32,000 nt of DNA from Ferroglobus placidus DSM 10642 (GTDB taxonomy: Archaea > Halobacteriota > Archaeoglobi > Archaeoglobales > Archaeoglobaceae). A model generated the notes under the pieces. The model saw nothing but the letters and a program-made list of their open reading frames with translations. It was not told the DNA's origin and made no database searches. Position 1 is the stretch's first letter; each line of letters opens with the position of its first letter. A program made the position numbers and the translations under genes. This document shows positions 1 to 8,150 of the stretch, piece by piece. The stretch covers positions 2,130,001-2,162,000 of the forward strand of contig NC_013849.1 of NCBI RefSeq assembly GCF_000025505.1. The letters run 5' to 3'.

Positions 1-40
1 TAACGACATGTTTTTATTTCCCTACGCTTTTCCGCTTTGC

Positions 41-1291
41 ATGGGCAAAACCATTGCCGAGAAGATACTCAGCGAGAAAAGCGGCAAAGATGCTTATGCT
101 GGAGACATAGTTATTGCGAAAGTTGATAGAATTGCTTTGCAAGACGGAACTGCCCCTTTAGCAATAAAACAAGTTGAGAAGCTCGGATTGGAAGTTAAAG
201 CTGCAAAAATAACTCACTTTTTCGTCGACCACGCAGCTCCATCGCCGAGAAAGGAGCTTAGCAACGATCAGAAGCTAATTAAAGAGTTCGCCGAAAAGGT
301 AGGGGCGGAATTCAACAAACCGGGAGAGGGAATAATTCATCAGCTTATGGTTGAAAGATACGTAAATCCCGGAGATTTGATTGTTGGTGCAGATTCTCAC
401 ACTTGCACCTACGGAGCTCTTGGAGCTTTCGCCACCGGAATGGGATCGACGGACATTGCTATAGCGATGGCTCTGGGAAAGAACTGGTTCAGGGTTCCCG
501 AGAGCTTTAAAATAGTAGTCGAGGGAGAATTCCAGAAAGGAGTTTTCGCCAAAGATTTGATACTCTGGATAATCGGAGAGCTTGGAGTTGACGGAGCAAC
601 GTATAAAGCTCTGGAATTTCACGGAGAAACGATCGACAAGCTCGACATGGACTCGAGGCTGACAATTGCTAACATGGCCATAGAGTGCGGAGCTAAAGCT
701 GGGCTTTTCAAGAGCGACGAGGTCACGAAGAAGTTTTTGATGGAGAGGGGGAGAGGAGATAAGTTCAGGGAGATAAAGCCGGATGAGGATGCGGAATACG
801 AGAAGGAGATGTACTTCGACGTTTCGGATCTAACTCCGATTGTAGCTAAGCCTCATCAGGTTGATAACATAGCGAGAATCGACGAGGTGGAGGGAGTAAA
901 GGTTGATCAGGTTTTCGTGGGAACGTGCACCAACGGAAGGCTTTCGGATTTGGAAGTGGTCGCGAGGATTCTTAAGGGTAGAAAAGTTCACAAAGATGTC
1001 CGACTTCTCGTAGGTCCGGCAAGCAGGGAAGTTTACATGAAAGCTCTTGAAAGGGGATACATTCAGGAGATAATCAAAGCTGGAGGAGTAATTTTACCTC
1101 CGGGCTGCGGACCTTGCGTTGGAATTCACTTGGGAATTCTCGCTGACGGGGAGGTTTGCCTCTCAACCCAAAACAGAAACTTCAAAGGAAGAATGGGGAA
1201 TCCGAACGCTGAAATTTATCTCTCCTCACCAGCCACGGCTGCAGCTTCGGCAATAGAGGGGAAAATAGCGGATCCGAGAAAGTACCTCTAA
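41..1291 (+). CDS. leuC: Aconitase-family dehydratase large subunit (3-isopropylmalate / homoaconitate dehydratase, LeuC/HacA type)
   Basis: ORF 8..1291. The likely start is ATG 41 (MGKTIAEKIL). Aconitase-family blocks are present: GADSHT, VGTCTNGR, GCGPCVG, NRNFKGRMG. LeuC and HacA cannot be separated by eye. No small-subunit gene is adjacent. Confidence 0.9.
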   Translation: MGKTIAEKILSEKSGKDAYAGDIVIAKVDRIALQDGTAPLAIKQVEKLGLEVKAAKITHFFVDHAAPSPRKELSNDQKLIKEFAEKVGAEFNKPGEGIIHQLMVERYVNPGDLIVGADSHTCTYGALGAFATGMGSTDIAIAMALGKNWFRVPESFKIVVEGEFQKGVFAKDLILWIIGELGVDGATYKALEFHGETIDKLDMDSRLTIANMAIECGAKAGLFKSDEVTKKFLMERGRGDKFREIKPDEDAEYEKEMYFDVSDLTPIVAKPHQVDNIARIDEVEGVKVDQVFVGTCTNGRLSDLEVVARILKGRKVHKDVRLLVGPASREVYMKALERGYIQEIIKAGGVILPPGCGPCVGIHLGILADGEVCLSTQNRNFKGRMGNPNAEIYLSSPATAAASAIEGKIADPRKYL

Positions 1292-1292
1292 A

Positions 1293-1300
1293 TTTTTATT
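1293..1300 (+). promoter_or_regulatory. TATA-like box TTTTTATT upstream of the DRG GTPase gene
   Basis: The octamer is centred about 26-27 nt upstream of position 1323, and the ATG is at 1326. This fits a leaderless or near-leaderless archaeal promoter. The same octamer recurs at 12864-12871. Confidence 0.4.
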
Positions 1301-1325
1301 CCGATTAGTAATAAGCTGCTCGAAA

Positions 1326-2390
1326 ATGGACGTGGCTGAGGAGATCAGGAGGCTCGAAGAGGAAATAAGGAGAACGCCCTACAATAAAGCGACGGAACAT
1401 CACATAGGCAGGCTTAAAGCTAAGCTTGCGAGGCTTAGAGAAGAGGCTGAGAAGCAGAGGAGAAAGAAGAGCGGAGAAGCTTACGCGATAAAAAAGGAGG
1501 GAGACGCTACGGTCGTTTTGGTCGGCTACCCTTCTGTTGGAAAGTCTACTCTCCTCAACGCTTTAACCGGAGCGAAGAGCGAAGTGGCTGATTACGCTTT
1601 CACCACTCTTAAGCCAACTCCCGGAATGCTCGAATACAAAGGAGCGAAGATTCAGATTATAGACGTTCCCGGAGTAATAGAGGGAGCATCTCAGGGAAGA
1701 GGAAGGGGAAGGGAAATTCTCTCGGCTATAAGAGTCGCGGATCTTATTGTCATCGTGGCTGACGTTTTCAACGTTCACACCATCGATCTCGTTAAAAAAG
1801 AGCTTTACAACGCAGGTTTCAGATTGAACGAGAAGAAGCCGGAGGTTTACATAAAGAAGACAGTCACGGGAGGAATAAACGTAAAGACGACGGTCAAGCT
1901 GTCTTTGAGCGAGGAAACTATAAAGTCTATACTCAGGGAGTACAAGATCCACAGCGGAGAGGTTTTGATCAGAGAAGACGTGACGATAGACAGGCTTATC
2001 GACGCTATTCTCGGCAATAGAGTTTACGTTCCGGCGATAACTGTTGTGAACAAAATCGATCTCTATCCTGAGGCTGAAATTCCGAAAGACGCTATACCCA
2101 TTTCCGCTGAGAAGAGGATTAACCTCGACAAGCTCGTTGAGGAAATTTACAGAAAGCTCGAATTCATCAGAGTTTACCTCAAACCTCCGGGAGGAAAAGT
2201 AGAGGAGGAACCGATGATTCTTAGAAGAGGGGCTAAGGTTGAGGACGTCTGTAAAAGATTGCACAGAGACATGGTCGAGAACTTTAAGTACGCTAAAGTG
2301 TGGGGGAAGAGCGTAAAATTCGACGGGCAGAGGGTCGGATTGGATCACGTTCTCGAAGATGGAGATATTGTTACGATTTACGCCAAATAA
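1326..2390 (+). CDS. DRG/OBG-family GTPase with C-terminal TGS domain
   Basis: P-loop GYPSVGKST, then FTTL, DVPG and NKID motifs. It has an N-terminal coiled-coil segment and a TGS-like tail (LEDGDIVTIYAK). Confidence 0.9.
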   Translation: MDVAEEIRRLEEEIRRTPYNKATEHHIGRLKAKLARLREEAEKQRRKKSGEAYAIKKEGDATVVLVGYPSVGKSTLLNALTGAKSEVADYAFTTLKPTPGMLEYKGAKIQIIDVPGVIEGASQGRGRGREILSAIRVADLIVIVADVFNVHTIDLVKKELYNAGFRLNEKKPEVYIKKTVTGGINVKTTVKLSLSEETIKSILREYKIHSGEVLIREDVTIDRLIDAILGNRVYVPAITVVNKIDLYPEAEIPKDAIPISAEKRINLDKLVEEIYRKLEFIRVYLKPPGGKVEEEPMILRRGAKVEDVCKRLHRDMVENFKYAKVWGKSVKFDGQRVGLDHVLEDGDIVTIYAK

Positions 2391-3227
2391 TTAGGGTTTT
2401 AGCAGCTCTTTTATTATCGAAAGGGTTGAAATTTTGGCTATGTAAGGAACGCTTCCACCTCCAAGAACTACGACGAGCTTTTCGTCGCAGATTTTCTTAG
2501 CCGATTCCTTAACGATCTTCGCGATCTCCACGTATTCGTTGACCGTCAATCCTATGTCTCCGTAATCTCCCACGTGAGTGTCGTGTCCGAAGTACCAGAA
2601 AATCAAGTCTGGAGAGAACTTCTCGGCTCTATCGGCGAATTCTCTTACCAAGTCCACGTATTCCTTTCTACTCAGTCCGATGTAGCTTCTGTCTATCTTA
2701 AGTCCGTCCGGACTTTCGTAATCGCTTGCGCATATGCAGTAGTGCAAAACCTTGTCGTCATCCTTAACGAGCTCCCTCGTTCCATCTCCGTGATGAGCGT
2801 CGGTGTCGACGATGGCAAATTTAACATCGCCATACTTATCTCTTAAGTTTCTCATAGCCAAAATAACGTCGTTGAAGCAGCAATACCCCCAGAAGATTCT
2901 CTTTCCGGAGTGATGTCCTCCGGCACCTATGTAGCAAAAAGCGTTTCTCAACTCCCCTTCGTAAACCATCTCGGTTGCTTTAACAACTCCTCCGGCAGAG
3001 TGCCAGGCGGTGGAGCATAGAGGATCAGCCTTAACTCCTTCGAGTAGCTCCGGATCGTGGACTTTCAAAATTAACTCCTCGCTCACTTCCGGACATTCTA
3101 TCAACTTGAAGTTCTCGAAGCTCTTCAGCTCTTCGAATGCTTCTGGAAAATCTTTGAGTCTCGTGCCGACAGTTAAGTAGCTCCTTCTGCTAAAACTTAT
3201 GTGGTAAAATACTCCCGTCGGCTTCAC
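2391..3227 (-). CDS. Histone deacetylase / acetoin-utilisation (AcuC) / acetylpolyamine amidohydrolase family protein
   Basis: Motifs GAGGHHSGK and DTDAHHGDGT are present, plus a GGGS near the C-terminus. The track ORF runs to ATG 3341, but that N-terminus is hydrophobic, AT-rich and covers the neighbouring promoter. I prefer GTG 3227 (MKPTGVFYHISF); the start is uncertain. Confidence 0.8.
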   Translation of the reverse strand: MKPTGVFYHISFSRRSYLTVGTRLKDFPEAFEELKSFENFKLIECPEVSEELILKVHDPELLEGVKADPLCSTAWHSAGGVVKATEMVYEGELRNAFCYIGAGGHHSGKRIFWGYCCFNDVILAMRNLRDKYGDVKFAIVDTDAHHGDGTRELVKDDDKVLHYCICASDYESPDGLKIDRSYIGLSRKEYVDLVREFADRAEKFSPDLIFWYFGHDTHVGDYGDIGLTVNEYVEIAKIVKESAKKICDEKLVVVLGGGSVPYIAKISTLSIIKELLKP

Positions 3228-3318
3228 AAATTGAGTGAAGCTGCTGAAGTTAAAACGTTTTCCAAATACAAATTGTATTAAAATCACGATATAGTTTGCT
3301 AAAAAGGTTTTGAAAAAA

Positions 3319-3326
3319 TTTAAATT
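3319..3326 (+). promoter_or_regulatory. TATA-like box TTTAAATT for the CoA-transferase pair
   Basis: It lies in the AT-rich divergent intergenic region. The predicted TSS is near 3349, upstream of SD GGAGGTGG (3354-3361) and the in-frame TTG at 3368. Confidence 0.35.
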
Positions 3327-3367
3327 GTTTTCAATTACCATTGTTTACAGAGTGGAGGTGGTCAAGC

Positions 3368-4758
3368 TTGGAGAAGGACATCGAAAGTTTGCCTTACACC
3401 GAATTTATTAGAGAGCTTATGAACCCCGAAGAGATTTTCGAAAAGCCAGAGCCGCTCAAGGGGATAAGAGTTCTTGACGTTGGAACGTTAATTTTCGGAC
3501 CAATGGTCGCAACGTACCTGGCTGAGTTTGGAGCTGAAGTAATTCACGTGGAAATGCCGGGAAGAGGAGACACGATGAGACCCCTCACTCCTTTCGCAGA
3601 TTTCCACAAGGGCGTTCTGGCTGCCGGATTTGAGGCTACGAACAACAGCAAGTACCACGTTGCTATCGACATGAGAACTCCGGAAGGAAAGGAGCTGATT
3701 TACAGGCTTGTGAGGAAGTGCGACGTTCTTGTTGAAAATTACCGCCCAGGAACTCTTGACAGGTGGGGTCTCGGCTACAGACAGCTCAGCAAGATAAATC
3801 CGAGGCTTGTTTACATAAGCATGTCCGGATTCGGACAGTGGGGACCCTTGTTTACATAAGCATGTCCGGATTCGGACAGTGGGGACCCTGGACGATGAGA
3901 CCGAGTTACGATGCTGTTGCTCAGGCAACGTCTGGATTGATAGAAATCACCGGTTTTCCAGATGCTATCCCGCTAAAAGCCGGAGCTTGGATCGGCGACT
4001 ACTACGGAGCTTTGATGGGTGCTTTTGCTGTTATGGTAGCTTTGTACTGGAGGGAGAAGACCGGAGAAGGGCAGTACATCGACCATCCGCAGGCTGAAAA
4101 CTTGATTAGAAACATGGACTGGACTTGGCTTTACATATATCTGACTGGAAAGAACAGAGAGAGAACCGGAAACAGGGATGTGGCAATCGTTCCTTCTGAC
4201 ATCGTAAAAGTGAAGGACGGTTTTGTTGCCATCGCAGCCTTCAGCGAGGACGAGTTCATGGGGTTGTGTGAAGCTATGGGTAGGATGGACCTCTTCGAAA
4301 AATACGCGAGCATAGAGGAGAGGTTGAAGGAGGAGAATCAGAAAGTGATCTACGAAGCTTTGCACGAGTGGGCTAAGGATAAAAGCGTGAGCGAGATTAT
4401 AGAGAAGGCTGAGAAGTTCGGTTTTTCGGCTGCTAAAGTTATGAGTGCTAAGGATCAGTACGAAGACGAGCACTGGAGAGCGAGAAAATCAATCTGGATT
4501 CACGAAGACCCGATTTTCGGAGAGCTTGCTGAAGTTAGCCCGGTTCCAAAGCTGAGCGAAAGTCCCGGAAGAATAAAGTGGGCTGCTCGACCCAACGGAA
4601 TAGACAACGAGCACGTTTTCATAAGACTGCTCGGATTAACGAAGGAAGAGCTTGACGAGCTTTACAAGAAGGGCGTTATAGGAAAGTGGGACGAAAACGT
4701 GCCTTGGAGCTGTCCGCCTAAGGATTGGGATGGTAAGAGCGGTTTGTTCTATCCGTGA
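3368..4758 (+). pseudogene. Family III (CaiB/BaiF/Frc-type) CoA-transferase, frameshifted by a 41-bp tandem duplication
   Basis: ORFs 3341..3859 and 3763..4758 both encode LVYISMSGFGQWGP. Removing one repeat copy joins them into one frame collinear with the paralog at 4768..6072. The start is uncertain (TTG 3341, SD-preceded TTG 3368, or ATG 3419). Confidence 0.8.
3806..3887 (+). repeat. Perfect head-to-tail duplication of a 41-bp unit (3806-3846 and 3847-3887)
   Basis: The unit CTTGTTTACATAAGCATGTCCGGATTCGGACAGTGGGGACC was read twice with no mismatch. The next 2 nt (CT) continue the periodicity. Confidence 0.97.
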
Positions 4759-4767
4759 GGTGGTAGA

Positions 4768-6072
4768 ATGGAGGAAATGAGCTGGGCTGACTGGGCGAGG
4801 GAGAATACCGATCCGAGGAAAGCTCACCTAAAGCCGGAAGCTCTTGAAGATGTAGTCGTCCTCGACCTCAGCTACGGGAGTTTTGCCGGATTGTACGCTT
4901 CCTCTCTTTTAGCCGAGTACGGAGCTAAGGTAATAAGAATAGAGCCTCCGGAGGGAGATATAGCCAGAAAAATGACTCCCTTCGGGATAAAGCACAAAGA
5001 CACCGGTTTGGCTTACATAGTTGAAGGGAGGAACAAGTACCACATAACCCTCGACATAACTAAGGAGAAGGGAAGGAAGTTGCTCAAAAAACTCGTTAAA
5101 AAGGCTGACGTGCTGATAGAAACTTATCCCCCCGGCTACATGGACGAGCTCGGAATTGGCTACAGACAGCTGAGAAAGATAAATCCGCAGCTGATTTACT
5201 GTGCCATCCACAGCTTCGGACACTTCGGACCTAAAGCAAAGACGAAGATGAGGGACTACGATGTAATCGATCAGGCGATGGGCGGAATAGTGTGGACTAC
5301 CGGCATTCCGGAGGACTACGAGGAGTATCCAGAACACACGAGGGTTCCGACAAAGCTTGGAAACTGGATGGGGTGGTATGTAGGAGGAGGATTTGCCGCT
5401 TTCGGCATAATGGTAGCTTTGTTCTGGAGGAGGAAGAGCGGTAAGGGGCAGTTCATAGACGTCGCTCCTCCCGAGGCTATGGCGAAGGTGACGAACTACT
5501 ACATCCAGTACTACCACTACAGGAGGAAAGTCATAAACAGGGTTGCGAACTTCGACCCGGCTGTTTTCGTCTACACTTTAGCGAGAGCCAAGGATGGAAT
5601 GGTGTTCATGGCTGGGTTCAGCGACATAAACTTCTACGCCTTAACGCAGATAATAGGAAGACCTGATCTGAGGGAAAAGTATCCGACGATAAGGGAAAGG
5701 CTAACTCCGGAAAACTGGCCGGTTTGTCTGGCTGAGATAGAAAAGTGGAGCAGGGAAAGGACGGTGAAGGAGATAATCGATGCATTCTTGGCGTACAAGG
5801 GTGAAGGAACCGCCGTGGCTGGAGAGGTGCTTAAGCCGATAGAAACTTTCAAAGTTGAGAACTGGTGGGACAGGGGAATATTCCAGGAGATAGATGATCC
5901 AGAGTACGGAAAGCTTGTAGTACAAAGCGTAGTTGCGAAGTTCGAAAAAACTCCCGGAAGGATAAAGTGGGTCTGCAGAAGGGTTGGAGCCGACAACGAC
6001 TACATCTACAAGGAGTTCTTAGGTCTGAACAAGAGCGATTTGGAGGAGTTGAAGAAGGAAGGAGTTATCTAA
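4768..6072 (+). CDS. Family III CoA-transferase (CaiB/BaiF/Frc/alpha-methylacyl-CoA racemase family)
   Basis: It is collinear with the upstream paralog (VLDLSY..AG, GAKVIRIEPP, GIGYRQLRKINPQLIYC, YDVIDQAMGG). SD GAGGTGG precedes ATG 4768, overlapping the upstream stop at 4756-4758. Confidence 0.88.
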   Translation: MEEMSWADWARENTDPRKAHLKPEALEDVVVLDLSYGSFAGLYASSLLAEYGAKVIRIEPPEGDIARKMTPFGIKHKDTGLAYIVEGRNKYHITLDITKEKGRKLLKKLVKKADVLIETYPPGYMDELGIGYRQLRKINPQLIYCAIHSFGHFGPKAKTKMRDYDVIDQAMGGIVWTTGIPEDYEEYPEHTRVPTKLGNWMGWYVGGGFAAFGIMVALFWRRKSGKGQFIDVAPPEAMAKVTNYYIQYYHYRRKVINRVANFDPAVFVYTLARAKDGMVFMAGFSDINFYALTQIIGRPDLREKYPTIRERLTPENWPVCLAEIEKWSRERTVKEIIDAFLAYKGEGTAVAGEVLKPIETFKVENWWDRGIFQEIDDPEYGKLVVQSVVAKFEKTPGRIKWVCRRVGADNDYIYKEFLGLNKSDLEELKKEGVI

Positions 6073-7420
6073 CCTCCCTATTTTTTATGTTTTCTGCAGC
6101 AAGCACGAGCGAAGACACTATCAAAGCGTACACTCCGTAAAGCATCACTCCGGCAAGTTTGAATACGATCGCAGCTACAAATCCGGCAGCTATCGAAGCT
6201 CTCGCTCTTTTAATTCTCTCCGAAAAAACTCCGAGCGTGGCTGGGAGCAGGCAGAGGAGAATTGCCGAAGACATGACGGAAAGCTCGACTATGTAGCTAA
6301 GCCTGAAGTAGGCGAAGATTCCGACGATCACGGATAAGATTACCACGAAAATTTTTCCGTAGAAAACTCCCTCTTCCCTTAGAATGTCCCTCGAAATCAT
6401 CGATGCCAAGCTCAGAATTATGGAGTTTGCCGTCGTTATTGCAGCGGCTAAAATGCTTAGAGCTATAATCAATCCAGCATACTCTGGAATTTTGGTGATG
6501 AATACCGGAGTTACGTCGTCTCTGTAGCTAATCTCGGGAAAGTTTCCTTGGACGGTTGCTATTTTCAGAGTTATTCCCATGAAGGTTACGATAAAGGTGT
6601 AAATCAATCCGAAGAGTCCGAAGAGTACGACCATCCTCTTCAAATCTTTCTCAGACTTCGGAATGAAAACTCTCTGCACAACCTGCGGATTCGTTAAAGC
6701 GAAGAAGAACCACGGAACGGTCAGAGCGATGAATCTTTCGACCGTCCAAATTTTGTTCGGAACTTGAAGCAGAGAGCCGAGAGAAGAAGATTCTTCGAGA
6801 ACGTTTCCCTCAACAAAATTTAAAGCTAAGGCTAAAGCTAAAAAGCCGGCTAAAAGCATAATCACTCCTTGGACAGCATCCGTCCAAGCGACTCCCCTCA
6901 AACCACCTATCAAAGCCCAGAAGGCTATGAGGAAGACTGAAATAACCAAAGCGTTTTGAAAAGTCAAGCCGACGGTTTTTTCTAAAATCAACGAAACTCC
7001 GATGATTTGGGCGGAGGTGTAGGGAATAAGAGCTACAACCGGAATGAGGGAAGCGAGAATTCCCTCAGCTTTGCCGTACTTCTTAGATAACATTTCAGCT
7101 GGAGTGACGACTCCGTTCTCTTTTGCGAACCTCCACATCTTCGGAGCGAAATAGGAGAGGAGGAAGAGAGTACCGACTAAGTAGAAGAGTTCGAAAGCAG
7201 CTGCTCCCACGCCGGTGGCGTAGCTTAAGCCAACCAACCCGACCATCATAAAAGCCGAATATGTTGTTGCGGCATATGTTAAAGCCGATACAACTCCGCT
7301 CACGTTTCTGCCGGCTATGAAGTATTCCTCGTGAGTTCTGAACCCGTATTTTCTTGAGTAGATCGCTAAGGCTGTTCCGGCAATAATGTAAGCGATTAGA
7401 AGGATGTAAAAGCTATTCAA
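6065..7420 (-). CDS. Sodium:solute symporter family (SSF; PutP/PanF/MctP-like) transporter
   Basis: A 451-aa polytopic membrane protein with a typical SSF N-terminus (EEYFIAGRNVSG..SAFMMVG). The TTG start at 7420 is preceded by strong SD AGGAGGTG (complement of 7426-7433). Confidence 0.85.
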   Translation of the reverse strand: MNSFYILLIAYIIAGTALAIYSRKYGFRTHEEYFIAGRNVSGVVSALTYAATTYSAFMMVGLVGLSYATGVGAAAFELFYLVGTLFLLSYFAPKMWRFAKENGVVTPAEMLSKKYGKAEGILASLIPVVALIPYTSAQIIGVSLILEKTVGLTFQNALVISVFLIAFWALIGGLRGVAWTDAVQGVIMLLAGFLALALALNFVEGNVLEESSSLGSLLQVPNKIWTVERFIALTVPWFFFALTNPQVVQRVFIPKSEKDLKRMVVLFGLFGLIYTFIVTFMGITLKIATVQGNFPEISYRDDVTPVFITKIPEYAGLIIALSILAAAITTANSIILSLASMISRDILREEGVFYGKIFVVILSVIVGIFAYFRLSYIVELSVMSSAILLCLLPATLGVFSERIKRARASIAAGFVAAIVFKLAGVMLYGVYALIVSSLVLAAENIKNREVR

Positions 7421-7562
7421 CTTCCCACCTCCTTATCGAGATGTAGAGGAGGTAGAGAGCCGTCACAGCGAACCAGTAGAAGTAAGCTGTAAGGTCGTTG
7501 CTTTTTAGCGAGATGAAAGGCAATAGCATCGCCAACAGAACGATAACTATGTCTATCCTCAT
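7413..7562 (-). CDS. 49-aa two-helix membrane micro-protein, candidate SSF accessory subunit (DUF3311/YhdT-like by context)
   Basis: Hand translation gives MRIDIVIVLLAMLLPFISLKSNDLTAYFYWFAVTALYLLYISIRRWEVE. Its ATG overlaps the upstream stop (ATGA) and its 3' end overlaps the SSF TTG start by 8 nt. It is below the track's length cutoff. Confidence 0.55.
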   Translation of the reverse strand: MRIDIVIVLLAMLLPFISLKSNDLTAYFYWFAVTALYLLYISIRRWEVE

Positions 7563-8095
7563 CGAACACGTGTTCGGTTACTCTGTTTATAAACTTTTTC
7601 GAACTCCTTAGAAAGTCTTCTTATCCGGAGGAGAAATGGAATTACGCTCAGCAGTAGCGTTACAATAACCAAATTGAACCACCACGGCAGCTCTCCCGTT
7701 TTTGATCCCAAATATATCCCCAAAGTTAGCAGATAAAAGCAGAAGGTCAAAAAAGCGTTCAAAGCATCAATAGAGTTGAAATAGCTGTTGACGAAGCGTT
7801 CTCTTTCGTTCTCCGGGAGGAAGTTTAACTTGGAAAAGAACGCTGGCAAGTTCATCCACCATACTGTTCCTTTCAAAACCTCACTCCTCTTACTTGAGAT
7901 TACGAGAAGTATAACTGGTGCAAAACTAAACGACAGCGGAAGAAGTAAGAAGATAATTTTCCCTCCGTACGAATCAGCTTTCCCGCTCGCGTTGAAGTGG
8001 ACTGGAACCCTTTCGGGCAGCGTAGAGTATGCGTAAATGGACGTGACCCAGATTAGCACGAGAAGTAAAACCACTACGAGCTGAAAACTTCTCAT
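7559..8095 (-). CDS. DUF1648-type (SdpI-like) membrane protein
   Basis: The motif LPERVPVHFNASGKADSYG follows the first TM helix, as is typical of DUF1648. There are four predicted TM segments. I prefer ATG 8095 (MRSFQLVV) to the track start at 8119. Confidence 0.7.
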   Translation of the reverse strand: MRSFQLVVVLLLVLIWVTSIYAYSTLPERVPVHFNASGKADSYGGKIIFLLLPLSFSFAPVILLVISSKRSEVLKGTVWWMNLPAFFSKLNFLPENERERFVNSYFNSIDALNAFLTFCFYLLTLGIYLGSKTGELPWWFNLVIVTLLLSVIPFLLRIRRLSKEFEKVYKQSNRTRVR

Positions 8096-8118
8096 TGAAT
8101 ATTCTTGACACAGACACA

Positions 8119-8128
8119 TTTATTTATT
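8119..8128. promoter_or_regulatory. Shared bidirectional TATA-like element TTTATTTATT
   Basis: It is centred about 28 nt from both divergent start codons (8095 minus strand, 8151 plus strand). Neither start has an SD, which fits two leaderless transcripts from one A/T element. Confidence 0.45.
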
Positions 8129-8150
8129 CTTTTGTAGAATCTCCATTCGA

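Noticed and set aside
1563-2348. A 261-aa ORF antisense to the DRG GTPase gene
   Set aside because: The plus strand encodes an unmistakable GTPase. The antisense product is low-complexity (S/R/F/V-rich) with no motif. Purine-rich sense strands in this genome naturally leave antisense frames open.
3228-3341. ATG 3341 as the start of the deacetylase-family gene
   Set aside because: It would add a hydrophobic, AT-encoded 38-aa leader to a cytosolic enzyme family and would swallow the divergent promoter. I kept GTG 3227 as more likely, but this remains unproven.
3973-5996. Several 60-200-aa minus-strand ORFs inside the two CoA-transferase genes
   Set aside because: They are all antisense to well-supported coding sequence, and none has a motif or a plausible promoter.
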